A stretch of 64,000 bases of DNA from Opitutales bacterium (lineage in GTDB: Bacteria; Verrucomicrobiota; Verrucomicrobiia; Opitutales; JABSRG01). The DNA is taken from positions 21,673-85,672 of the forward strand of contig JBNPEH010000021.1 of the NCBI GenBank assembly GCA_051117635.1. Reading direction: 5' to 3'. Below, piece by piece: positions 48,041 to 56,568 of the stretch (positions within the stretch are counted from its first letter, which is position 1; every line of letters begins with the position of its first letter). The notes beneath the pieces were generated by a model. The model did no database searches, was not told the DNA's origin, and saw only the letters and a list, made by a program, of their open reading frames with translations. Both the position numbers and the translations under genes were made by a program.

Positions 48041-49522
48041 CTAGGCGCGGTACCGGAAGGTCGTTCCACCGTAGTGGATGGAGAGGTGGTTCTCACCGGC
48101 TGGCAGGGTCGTGGCCTCGGTGCGACCGACGACCTGAGCATCGATCCCGAAGGCCTGGCTGGTGGCGATGACGGCTTCGGCTGCCGCGGGCGCGCAGTAA
48201 ACTTCCATGCGGTGCCCCATGTTGAAGACCTGGAACATTTCCTCCCAGGGGGTGCGACTGGCCTTCTGGATGGCGCGAAAGATCGGCGGTACCCGGAAGG
48301 GCTTGTCCTTGATATAATGAACGCCGGCGCCGAACCGCAGGCACTTCGTCTGCCCGCCGCCTGAACAGTGGATCAGGCCGCGTATGGCAGGCCGTTGTTC
48401 CTCCAGCAAGCGATGAATGACCGGTGCGTAGGTGCGGGTCGGGCTCAGCAGGGCGGCGCCCACCGTCAGGTCGCTGTCGGGCAGCGGATCGTCCAGATGG
48501 TAGGGGCCGCAATAGGTCATCGACCGGTCGATGTTCCCGTCGAAGGTCTCCGGGTATCGGGATGCGTAGTCGGTGTGGAGCAGGTCGTGGCGGGCGCTGG
48601 TCAGGCCGTTGCTGCCGATGCCGCTGTTGGGCGTGTCCTCGTAGGTGGCCTGTCCGTCCGAGGCCAGGCCGACAATCGCCAGACCGGGGCCGATGGCTGC
48701 CGCATCGATCACCTGGTGGCGTTTCAGCACGGCCACCGCGCAGCTGTCGACCGTCACGGTGCCGGTCAGGTCGCCGACATCCGCGGTTTCACCACCCCCG
48801 CTCCAGATGCCGATGCCGTGCCCACGCAGTTTTTCGAGAAAGGCTTCGGTGCCGGCGATCAGTTCGGCCAGCGCCTCGTCGCTGAACCGGCGGGCGTTCC
48901 GGTTGACCGTGCTCGAAAATAAAATGCGGTCGAGGGCGCCGATGCAGAGCAGATCATCGAGGTTCATGACCAGCGAGTCCTGAGCGGTGGCACGGAAGAC
49001 CGACGGATCGCCGCATTCGCGAAACAACAGGTAGGCGACCAGCGACTTGGTCCCCGCGCCGTCGGCATGGATCGCCACACAGGCTTCCGGGTCTCCGGTC
49101 AGGAAGTCCGGATGGATCTTGCAAAAGGCGCCCGGAAAAAGTCCGCGGTCCAACCGGTCGACCACCGCGTGCACCGCGTCTTTCGTAGACGAGACCCCCC
49201 GCGCGCCATACCGGCCCTCCTGCCGCTTCCGCGGACCGGCGTCGCCGTCCGTGGCGGCTGCGGGCGGCTGCGGCTGCCCGATGGCCAGCACCCGGAAGCC
49301 GCTCCGTTCGCGGCCCGCCACCACGCCCTGACTTTCCAGCCACTTCACGGCGCGGACCACCGTCTGGTTCGACAAACCGGTGGCTTCCGCCAGTTTACGG
49401 ACACCCGGCAGGCGCTCCCCGACCGGAATGTGTCCGGCGAGGATTGCCTGGTGCAGCGCCCGGGCGAGCGCATGCCAACGGGCACCCTGTTGATCAAGAG
49501 TCAGGTGAGTCAGCCAAGTCAT
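48041..49522 (-). CDS. purM: GntR-type winged-HTH domain fused to Bacteroidetes-type PurM (AIR synthase)-like enzyme
   Basis: The N-terminus '[60 protein letters not shown]' is a GntR HTH. The body carries '[14 protein letters not shown]', '[10 protein letters not shown]', '[11 protein letters not shown]', '[10 protein letters not shown]', 'HCSGGGQTK' and '[10 protein letters not shown]'. Start is ATG 49522, or GTG 49576. Confidence 0.7.
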   Translation of the reverse strand: MTWLTHLTLDQQGARWHALARALHQAILAGHIPVGERLPGVRKLAEATGLSNQTVVRAVKWLESQGVVAGRERSGFRVLAIGQPQPPAAATDGDAGPRKRQEGRYGARGVSSTKDAVHAVVDRLDRGLFPGAFCKIHPDFLTGDPEACVAIHADGAGTKSLVAYLLFRECGDPSVFRATAQDSLVMNLDDLLCIGALDRILFSSTVNRNARRFSDEALAELIAGTEAFLEKLRGHGIGIWSGGGETADVGDLTGTVTVDSCAVAVLKRHQVIDAAAIGPGLAIVGLASDGQATYEDTPNSGIGSNGLTSARHDLLHTDYASRYPETFDGNIDRSMTYCGPYHLDDPLPDSDLTVGAALLSPTRTYAPVIHRLLEEQRPAIRGLIHCSGGGQTKCLRFGAGVHYIKDKPFRVPPIFRAIQKASRTPWEEMFQVFNMGHRMEVYCAPAAAEAVIATSQAFGIDAQVVGRTEATTLPAGENHLSIHYGGTTFRYRA

Positions 49523-49729
49523 GCCTGATCTGTATTTTTTAAATGGTACAGTTTGGCAAGGGGAAAGCGCATGCACTCTCCCTGTAATTATCTTTTAACT
49601 CACTGACAGTAGGCTGTTTAATGCTTTTTTGGCTGATAAATCAGGCGAAATTTCTTTCCTTTTCGTTACGGTTGTGTAACAGTGAAGACACTTTCCTGTA
49701 ACATTCACCCTCCATCCCCAGGTGATCTT

Positions 49730-50143
49730 ATGATCGTTTCAAAAGTCTCTCTTCTCAGCAGCCTTTCCCTGATCGCGGCCTCGCTCGCTTTCGGAGCTTC
49801 CACCCAAAGCGACCTGACCGTCCGGTCGGCCCCGCTCGAAGTCATCGATCGGGTGGCCCCGGCCTCCATGCCGGCCTCCGTCGACAAACGGACCGGGGAC
49901 AAGGAAGCCCGGGTCGTCCTGGCCTGCACCATTCAGCCCGATGGCAAGGCCACCCACATTGCGGTGGTCAAGGCGGCTTCGGCCGATCTCATTGAGCCCG
50001 CCGTCAAGGCGCTCGAGTCCTGGACCTTCAAGCCGCGCAAGGTCGATGGCGAAACCGTCGCCACCCGCGTACTGGTGCCCTTCCGTTACCTGCCGACCGG
50101 CAGCGAGCGTGTTCCCGGCGCGGTGGTTGCCGGCAAGGAGTAA
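49730..50143 (+). CDS. secreted TonB C-terminal-domain protein
   Basis: Start at ATG 49730 with signal peptide 'MIVSKVSLLSSLSLIAASLAFGAS'. 'ARVVLACTIQPDGKATHIAVVKAAS...ALESWTFKPRKVDGETVATRVLVPFRY' is a TonB_C fold pattern. There is no TM or Pro-rich region. Confidence 0.65.
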   Translation: MIVSKVSLLSSLSLIAASLAFGASTQSDLTVRSAPLEVIDRVAPASMPASVDKRTGDKEARVVLACTIQPDGKATHIAVVKAASADLIEPAVKALESWTFKPRKVDGETVATRVLVPFRYLPTGSERVPGAVVAGKE

Positions 50144-50329
50144 TACTCCTCCCCGGAACGGACCGGTTAACGGCACCGGGCGGGTAACCGTCCCCGGTGA
50201 CCGCCCGGGTAAAGAGCCCTACGGTCTGACCCCTGACGGCTGCGGTTTAAAAATGATTCAAACCGCGTGCCCACGCCTGAAGGCGCGGCCACGCGTACAG
50301 GGCTTTTACCCCGCGCAGCCTACCGGAAT

Positions 50330-50479
50330 TTACTCTTCTTCCTGACCCGGCGGGTCGTAGTCCGGGTGGCGGGCACGGACGATCCAGAGGCCGATGGCGG
50401 CGAGGATGGCCAGGCTGAATGGGCCCATGGCGATGAGGGGCCCGAGCAGGTCATTGAAGTGGAAGTAGCTGTATTCCAT
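50330..50479 (-). CDS. small (49 aa) single-TM protein, hand-translated (below ORF-track cutoff)
   Basis: 'MEYSYFHFNDLLGPLIAMGPFSLAILAAIGLWIVRARHPDYDPPGQEEE'. It starts 26 nt downstream of the PPIase stop on the same strand, with a hydrophobic core followed by a charged tail. Confidence 0.35.
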   Translation of the reverse strand: MEYSYFHFNDLLGPLIAMGPFSLAILAAIGLWIVRARHPDYDPPGQEEE

Positions 50480-50505
50480 CGCGGGAAAGCGGATGGGTAT
50501 CGATG

Positions 50506-51201
50506 TCACCGCCGCTCAGGCGGGTCAAGCGGGCTGCGACGGGTCGTGTCGACTTTTCGCACATCGAGGATTTCCACCGGCTCGACAGGGACTTCGGGCA
50601 GGCCCTTTCGGGTGGTTGTCGGGATTTTGCTGATGGCATCGACGACCTCCATGCCACTGGTGACCCGGCCAAAGACGGCGTATCCGAAATTCACCGCGCC
50701 GTGGTCGAGGTTCGGGTTGTCCGAAACATTGATGAAAAACTGGGCGTTGCCGGAGTCCTTTTCCATCGTGCGTGCCACCGCGATGGTGCCCCGTGTGTTT
50801 TTGAGCCCATTGAAGGCTTCGTTCGGCAGGTTGGGCTTGGTCGGTTCTTTCCGTTCCAGCTCCGGGGTGAAGCCACCGCCCTGGATCATGAAGCCGTCGA
50901 TCACCCGGTGGAACAGCGTGCCCTGGTAGAAGTCTTCCTCCGCGTATTCGAGAAACTGAGCCACGGTCTTGGGCGACTGGTTGTGGAAAAGTTCCAGGCG
51001 GATATCACCCGCAGTCGTTTCCATCACGACCTCGGAGGTGACTACCGGCAGGCGGTAGCGGTCGATGTCCCGATTGATCGGGCGGTTGCGCTCCCGACAA
51101 CCGGTGGTTGCCACCAGCAGGAGCGCCATCAGGCCCCAAAGCCCGAGTGGGCAAAGGCTGCGCCGGGTACGAGGAGGCATTCCGGAAAGAAAAGAAGGCA
51201 T
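50506..51201 (-). CDS. cyclophilin-type peptidyl-prolyl cis-trans isomerase, exported/lipoprotein-like
   Basis: 'FHRVIDGFMIQGGGF' and 'GTIAVARTMEKDSGNAQFFI' are present. The N-terminal 'LMALLLVATTGC' is signal/lipobox-like. Confidence 0.85.
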   Translation of the reverse strand: MPSFLSGMPPRTRRSLCPLGLWGLMALLLVATTGCRERNRPINRDIDRYRLPVVTSEVVMETTAGDIRLELFHNQSPKTVAQFLEYAEEDFYQGTLFHRVIDGFMIQGGGFTPELERKEPTKPNLPNEAFNGLKNTRGTIAVARTMEKDSGNAQFFINVSDNPNLDHGAVNFGYAVFGRVTSGMEVVDAISKIPTTTRKGLPEVPVEPVEILDVRKVDTTRRSPLDPPERR

Positions 51202-51310
51202 GGTGTGAGGGGTGTCTCCGGGTTAGCTGCTCCGGCCGCCGGGACAAGGCAATTCTGCAGTCAGCGTGTCGCCCGTCGAGGTTCCTCCCGGCCCGCCGGC
51301 GAGGACGATT

Positions 51311-52150
51311 TCAGGGAATTTTCACTTTCGCGGGGTCGAATCCCAGTTCCGGCCAGGCCAGGCCGAGGCGATCGAGTTGCTCCACGATGATGCGGGCGAT
51401 GATGATGTTCCGTACCCATTTCCGGTTGGAGGGGATGATGAACCAGGGCGCATGGTCGAAGCTGGTCCGTTCGAAAACCTCGTTGTAGGCATCCATATAA
51501 TCTTCCCAGCGTTCGCGGGCCACCAGGTCGCTGGGATCGAATTTCCACTGCTTGTGGGGCTCCTTGAGGCGGCTTTCCAGGCGCTCGCGCTGCTCCTCTT
51601 TGTCGATATGGAGGAAAAACTTGAGCAACAGGACGCCTTCGTCGGCCAGCATCCGTTCCCAGGCGTTGATGTGGTCGAAACGGGCGCGCCAAATCGTCTC
51701 CGGGGCCAGCTTGTTGACCCGCACGGCGGTCACATCCTCGTAGTGGCTGCGATCGAAGAGCTTGATCTGGCCCTTGGCCGGCGAGTGCTGCGTGACGCGC
51801 CAGAGGTAGTCCCGGTCCAGCTCCTCGGGTGTCGGCTTGTTGAAGCTGGCGACGCTGAATCCGATGGGATTGGCGTACCGGAAGACGTGCCGGATGGTGC
51901 CGTTCTTGCCACTGGTGTCCATACCCTGCAGGACGATCAGCACCTTATGCTGCTTCTGGGCGAAGAGCTGCATCTGGAGGTCGCCCAGGCGGCGCCCGAG
52001 GTCGTCGACCAGCTGGTAACCTTCCTTCTTCGGAAAATCGAACGACTCCCGGTCATCGACCGGCCAGCGGCGAACATCGACCCGGCTCTGGGGCTGGACG
52101 CGGTAGGGCTCGGACTGGCTGGTGGCGACGGGCGGGGCTTCCATAACCAT
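51311..52150 (-). CDS. ppk2: polyphosphate kinase 2 family protein
   Basis: 'VLIVLQGMDTSGKNGTIRHV', 'DYLWRVTQHSPAKGQIKLFDRSHYEDV' and 'WFIIPSNRKWVRN' are present. Confidence 0.85.
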   Translation of the reverse strand: MVMEAPPVATSQSEPYRVQPQSRVDVRRWPVDDRESFDFPKKEGYQLVDDLGRRLGDLQMQLFAQKQHKVLIVLQGMDTSGKNGTIRHVFRYANPIGFSVASFNKPTPEELDRDYLWRVTQHSPAKGQIKLFDRSHYEDVTAVRVNKLAPETIWRARFDHINAWERMLADEGVLLLKFFLHIDKEEQRERLESRLKEPHKQWKFDPSDLVARERWEDYMDAYNEVFERTSFDHAPWFIIPSNRKWVRNIIIARIIVEQLDRLGLAWPELGFDPAKVKIP

Positions 52151-52224
52151 GCGTCTGGACCTTAGGCGAGGGCGGGGATGCGGTTCAAAACATTATACGG
52201 CATGGGAATCACTTCGCGAGGACG

Positions 52225-52830
52225 TCAGGCCCCGATGGCCTCCTCCAGCAAGGCCCGCAGTTCGCTGTGGTCGCGGGCGACGGGCAGCTGAGGTTCGTCC
52301 GCGACCAGCGAATCGGGGGGACGGAAAAGAAAGCCCCGGTCGGCCGCCAGCAACATGGTCCGGTCGTTGTAGGAATCACCGGCCGCGAAGACGCGGAAAT
52401 TCAATCCCTGGAAGGCTCTGACCGCCTGCTGCTTCTGGTCGGGCTGGCGCAGCCGGTAGCCGGCGATACGTCCGTCCTCGGCGATCTCGAGGTTGTGGCA
52501 GAAGAGGGTGGGGAACCCGAGCTTGGCCATGAGGGGACCGGCAAACTCTTCAAAGGTGTCCGACAGGATGATCGTCCGGGTGCGGCTGCGCAGCCAGTCG
52601 ACGAATGCCACGGCACCGGGCAGGGGCTCCAGCGTGTCGATGACCTCGCGAATATCGGCGATCCCGTACGATTCCCCGGCCAGGATATCCAGCCGGTACT
52701 GCATCAGGACATCGTAGTCCGGCTCGTCCCGGGTCGTCCGCTTCAGCGCCGCGATCCCCGTCTTGTCGGCGAAGGCCATCCAGATTTCGGGGATCAGCAC
52801 GCCCTCCAGGTCGAGACACACGATGTCCAT
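52225..52830 (-). CDS. thrH: ThrH-type phosphoserine phosphatase / homoserine phosphotransferase
   Basis: Start at 'MDIVCLDLEGVLIPEIWMAFADKTG'. The protein looks collinear with Pseudomonas ThrH as I recall it, including 'ILSDTFEEFAGPLMAKLGFPTLFCH' and 'AAGDSYNDRTML'. Confidence 0.75.
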   Translation of the reverse strand: MDIVCLDLEGVLIPEIWMAFADKTGIAALKRTTRDEPDYDVLMQYRLDILAGESYGIADIREVIDTLEPLPGAVAFVDWLRSRTRTIILSDTFEEFAGPLMAKLGFPTLFCHNLEIAEDGRIAGYRLRQPDQKQQAVRAFQGLNFRVFAAGDSYNDRTMLLAADRGFLFRPPDSLVADEPQLPVARDHSELRALLEEAIGA

Positions 52831-52862
52831 GGGCGCGGATGTTTTCTTCCCCTTCGGGGGAG

Positions 52863-53531
52863 TCAACCTGTTTCACGCGCCCAGACTGTCGTCCTGAGCC
52901 AGCCGTTGGCCCGGTCCCGTGTCCAGCGTCGGCGGTAGCCCAGCGCCTCCAGGGCGGGGGCGGGGTCGACCACGCGGTCCACCCCGATGCCCGTGGTTCT
53001 CCGGAAAAACGCGTAAAGCCCGCGCAGGCCCCAATGCCGCCAGCCACGCGGCGCCGGGGGTTCCACGAAATCCGCCACCACCCAGCGGGCGTCCGGTTTG
53101 AGGTGTTTGTCCACCCGCCGAATGACGGCCCCGAGGTTATCGGCCGGAAAGCAATCCAGGCAAAAGCAGGTCAGACAGGTGTCGCAGGGGGCCAGCCCGT
53201 GCAGGTCACCCGTCTCCAGGTCTGCCTGCAACCAGGTCAGGGCTGCGGCGTGCGGCAGGCGACGGACCCGTTCCCTGGCCCGCCGCAACAGGGCCGAACT
53301 GCCGTCCACGATCACGGCGCCTCGCCCGCGGCCGGTCTGGAGAGCCCGGGTCAATGCCCGCCCGTTGCCCTCGCCGAGAAAGAGTACCCGGTCGCCTGGC
53401 CGGAGGGCGCCCACGGCATCCCGGCGCACCCGCTGCAGCAAGGGGCCGGAAAGCAGGTATTCCAGACCGGAATAGACCGGTGCCAGCCGATCGAAGCCCG
53501 GGGCGGTCGATACCTGCTCCTTACCTGCCAT
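52863..53531 (-). CDS. class I SAM-dependent methyltransferase
   Basis: Motif I-like 'RVLFLGEGNGRAL'. 222 aa. Overlaps the upstream gene by 11 nt. Confidence 0.55.
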   Translation of the reverse strand: MAGKEQVSTAPGFDRLAPVYSGLEYLLSGPLLQRVRRDAVGALRPGDRVLFLGEGNGRALTRALQTGRGRGAVIVDGSSALLRRARERVRRLPHAAALTWLQADLETGDLHGLAPCDTCLTCFCLDCFPADNLGAVIRRVDKHLKPDARWVVADFVEPPAPRGWRHWGLRGLYAFFRRTTGIGVDRVVDPAPALEALGYRRRWTRDRANGWLRTTVWARETG

Positions 53532-54348
53532 GAGTTGTCAGGAGGACGCCGGCTGCGACGAGGGCACCCATGGCGCCCAGCCAACGGTCCGGGCCGCTCC
53601 GCCACCCCCGGGGGCGCCAGCCCAGCCAGAGCAGGCTGAGCGCGGTCACCAGCAGCCCCAGCGACCGGAGACCCTCCGCCGTGGCTTCGGTCGAAAACCA
53701 GGCTGCGCCAGCGATCCCTGCCCCCAATCCGGCAAAACACCCTATCCAGCTGCGGTCGGATTCGCGGGATGCGGTCGCCGCAGGCGGGGCGTGGCGCGCG
53801 TCCAGGCGGGCCACGCAGACGGCATTGGCCGCACAGACGAACCCGAAGGCCCAAACGGCGGGCGTTGGCGGAAAAACCGCCGGACCCGGCGCGAGGATGG
53901 CGATGCCCCCGGCAAACAGCACGCCAACGAGCAGCGGTTTGACGGGGAGCACTGCCCGTTCCGGCAAAAACGGGTAGGCGACCGCCAGCGCCGCCAGGAT
54001 CAGACAACCCGTCCATTCCGTCGGGCTGAGGGTGTTCGCCGCCAGCGCGAGTGCCAGTCCGAGCACGATCAGCCATCCGCTCGCAATGGCGCGTGGATAA
54101 CGCCGGTGCGGCCCGTAACGCGGCGGCAGGGCATCGGAATCGTGGGCCCGCCGGGTATCGATCCATCGGTCGGCGGCATAGGCGAGGGCAATGGCCAGGG
54201 CGAATAAAAGCCAGCGTTCGGTGGCAGGCGCCGTCCAGGATTGTGGCCAGAGCGCGACGGCCCAGACCAGACCGATGGCCGCTGCATCCAGACCCAATGC
54301 CGAAAACCAGCCAGGGCCGTTGGGCGGCAAGCGTGTGATGGGCGACAT
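53521..54348 (-). CDS. hypothetical polytopic membrane protein (weak DxxxD prenyltransferase-like motif)
   Basis: About eight hydrophobic segments, and 'YAADRWID'. This frame is preferred over the Arg/Pro-rich alternative ORF 53351..54385. Confidence 0.45.
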   Translation of the reverse strand: MSPITRLPPNGPGWFSALGLDAAAIGLVWAVALWPQSWTAPATERWLLFALAIALAYAADRWIDTRRAHDSDALPPRYGPHRRYPRAIASGWLIVLGLALALAANTLSPTEWTGCLILAALAVAYPFLPERAVLPVKPLLVGVLFAGGIAILAPGPAVFPPTPAVWAFGFVCAANAVCVARLDARHAPPAATASRESDRSWIGCFAGLGAGIAGAAWFSTEATAEGLRSLGLLVTALSLLWLGWRPRGWRSGPDRWLGAMGALVAAGVLLTTHGR

Positions 54349-54441
54349 GGCTTCGTGACTTTCCGCGGCGATCGGTATCCTGCAAGGGTCTTCCGGCGGT
54401 TACGGCGGGAATAATCCCCGCCGACCCGTCTCAATCAGAGT

Positions 54442-55452
54442 ATGATGCGTTCCCCAAAAAGCCTGTTTCGGTTGGATCAGCGATGCTCCGTCCTGCTGGG
54501 TCTGTTGCTGACCTCCACGCTGATCGCCGGCCCCGTGAAAAACGGTTTCGATCTGTCCGACGCGTCGGTCCCCGCCGACGAAGTGATGTCCGGCGGACCG
54601 GGCCGCGACGGCATCCCCGCCATCGATGAGCCGCGCTTCATCGACCCCGGCGACGCGGATTTCCTCAAGCCGGATGACAAGGTCATCCACGTCAGCCTGA
54701 AGGGCGAACACCGGGCCTATCCGGTGCGGATCCTGGACTGGCACGAGGTGGTCAACGACACGATTGCCGGCGAGCCTGTGGCGGTGACCTATTGCCCGTT
54801 GTGCCGTACGGCGATGGTCTTCCACCGCGAGATCGACGGAGAGGTCACCTCCTTCGGGGTCTCCGGCCTGCTCTACAACAGCGATGTCCTGCTGTACGAC
54901 CGCGCCAGCGAGAGCCTCTGGTCGCAACTGAAGACGGAGGCCGTCTCGGGTCCGCACAAGGGAAAGAAACTCGAGTGGTTGCCCAGCACCGTCATGACCT
55001 GGGAGGGGTGGCGCGAGCGTTTCCCCAAGGGTAGGGTCCTGTCCAAAAAAACCGGTTACTCCCGCCCCTATTGGCGCGATAATTACCGGGACTACCACGA
55101 CAGCCCCAATCTCATGTTTCCGGTCAATGGCGTCCGGGAGATTCCCGGTCTGAAGCCGAAATCGCTTGTGGTCGGCACCGTCATTGATGGTCAGCCCGCC
55201 GCCTTCAAAGTGGATGACCTGCCGAAAGGGCAGCCCATCCAAACACGCGTCGGCGGCACGCCGGTTCTGATTCTCCGCGATGCCGACAGCGACGCCGTGA
55301 CCTTTACCCGGCCCGAAACCGGGGAATGGCTGCCCGGCACGCCGGCCTACTGGTTTGCCTGGAGCGCCTTTTATCCCGAATCCGAGATCTGGACGGCCGC
55401 TCTGGCCGAAAAAGCGTCGGAGGCATCGGGCAAGGGCGCCGGCCCGGGCTGA
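54442..55452 (+). CDS. DUF3179 domain protein
   Basis: 'GGPGRDGIPAIDEPRF', 'AYPVRILDWHEVVND', 'VTYCPLC' and 'VSGLLYNSDVLLYD' are present. Confidence 0.75.
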   Translation: MMRSPKSLFRLDQRCSVLLGLLLTSTLIAGPVKNGFDLSDASVPADEVMSGGPGRDGIPAIDEPRFIDPGDADFLKPDDKVIHVSLKGEHRAYPVRILDWHEVVNDTIAGEPVAVTYCPLCRTAMVFHREIDGEVTSFGVSGLLYNSDVLLYDRASESLWSQLKTEAVSGPHKGKKLEWLPSTVMTWEGWRERFPKGRVLSKKTGYSRPYWRDNYRDYHDSPNLMFPVNGVREIPGLKPKSLVVGTVIDGQPAAFKVDDLPKGQPIQTRVGGTPVLILRDADSDAVTFTRPETGEWLPGTPAYWFAWSAFYPESEIWTAALAEKASEASGKGAGPG

Positions 55453-55500
55453 TGGCGCCCTCGCGGCTGGAAAGTGTCCTCGAAATGGATACGCTCCGGC

Positions 55501-55986
55501 ATGCACGCCAGGCACCGTTTCCCTTTCACCGCCTGCCTGACGGCCTGCCTGCTGGCCGGCTGCGCACTGGATCGCGGTGACCTGGCCGAGGAGCCGGCGC
55601 GCGAGCGGCTGCGCGAGGCCTTTGTCGAGGCGACCAATCAGGCCGATGCCGGTGCCCTGATGGCATTGTTTCACCTCGAGGGCGTCGAGAAACGCGACCG
55701 GCAGCTCCTGCGGGCGGGTCTGGAGCGTGAAGTCGGCCTGCCCATCGAGTCGATTCGGTTCGAGGCCGTCCCGCCCGGGGATACCATTGATTACGTATTT
55801 CAGGGCCGGCGCTACGGACCGACCCTGGAACCAACCTTCCGGATGAAGGTCGTTTACGGGACCGAAGACGGTTTTACCTCCAGTTTCCTGGTCGGTATGG
55901 AGGACGGAGAAGCCCGGCTGATCACGGCCGCCCCCGTGTCGGATCCGGACAACGGTCGAGCCGGCAGTCCCGATGGGGAAGGTTGA
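55501..55986 (+). CDS. hypothetical lipoprotein
   Basis: Start at ATG 55501, with the lipobox 'LLAGC'. Confidence 0.5.
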   Translation: MHARHRFPFTACLTACLLAGCALDRGDLAEEPARERLREAFVEATNQADAGALMALFHLEGVEKRDRQLLRAGLEREVGLPIESIRFEAVPPGDTIDYVFQGRRYGPTLEPTFRMKVVYGTEDGFTSSFLVGMEDGEARLITAAPVSDPDNGRAGSPDGEG

Positions 55987-56109
55987 CCCTGGCGACGGTC
56001 TGCACTATCCATTTGACCCTGGTTTCCTGCCTCGTTCATTGCCTGATAGCGGGAGATGTCTTCGTTTCCCGTCTGCCAATCCGTTCAAAACGATCCTCTT
56101 TCCCTGCTT

Positions 56110-56445
56110 ATGAAAATCAAAGCCTACCTGAAACCCACCTGTGGCTGGAGCATGGGCGTACGCGCCATCCTCAAAAAGTACGACCTTCCCTACGAAGACC
56201 TCGATATCATCAATAATCCCGCGATTTACGCCGAAATGGTGGAAAAATCCGGCCAGCACCTCTCTCCCTGCGTGGAGATCGACGGCGTGATGCTCGCCGA
56301 CGTCAGCGGCGAGGAAGTCGAGAACTACATGCTGAGTAACCAACTGGTGGATTCGAGCGACGCCGAAACCGACGTGCCGACCAACCAACCCTGCTCCGAC
56401 GAGGAGCACGAGCGGATGCGCTCGCAGACGATTCGCTTCTTGTAA
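56110..56445 (+). CDS. glutaredoxin-like (thioredoxin-fold) protein, single-Cys 'TCGWS' site
   Basis: 'MKIKAYLKPTCGWSMGVRAILKKYDLPYEDLDI...SPCVEIDG' follows the Grx beta-alpha-beta pattern. Confidence 0.6.
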   Translation: MKIKAYLKPTCGWSMGVRAILKKYDLPYEDLDIINNPAIYAEMVEKSGQHLSPCVEIDGVMLADVSGEEVENYMLSNQLVDSSDAETDVPTNQPCSDEEHERMRSQTIRFL

Positions 56446-56568
56446 TTTCGTCTCCGGGGCATGTCCTGCTAGGCAAGCCCATGCTGTTCGGGAACCCCGG
56501 TTCCCCAGTCAAGCCGCCCCGCGAGGCGGCTTCTTCATCTCCTTTTCTTTCCTTCGCCTCTTACCATC

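Noticed and set aside
53351-54385. 344-aa alternative-frame ORF on the minus strand
   Set aside because: Its translation is Arg/Pro/Gly-rich. The overlapping frame 53521-54348 gives a coherent series of hydrophobic TM segments and couples to the downstream methyltransferase gene.
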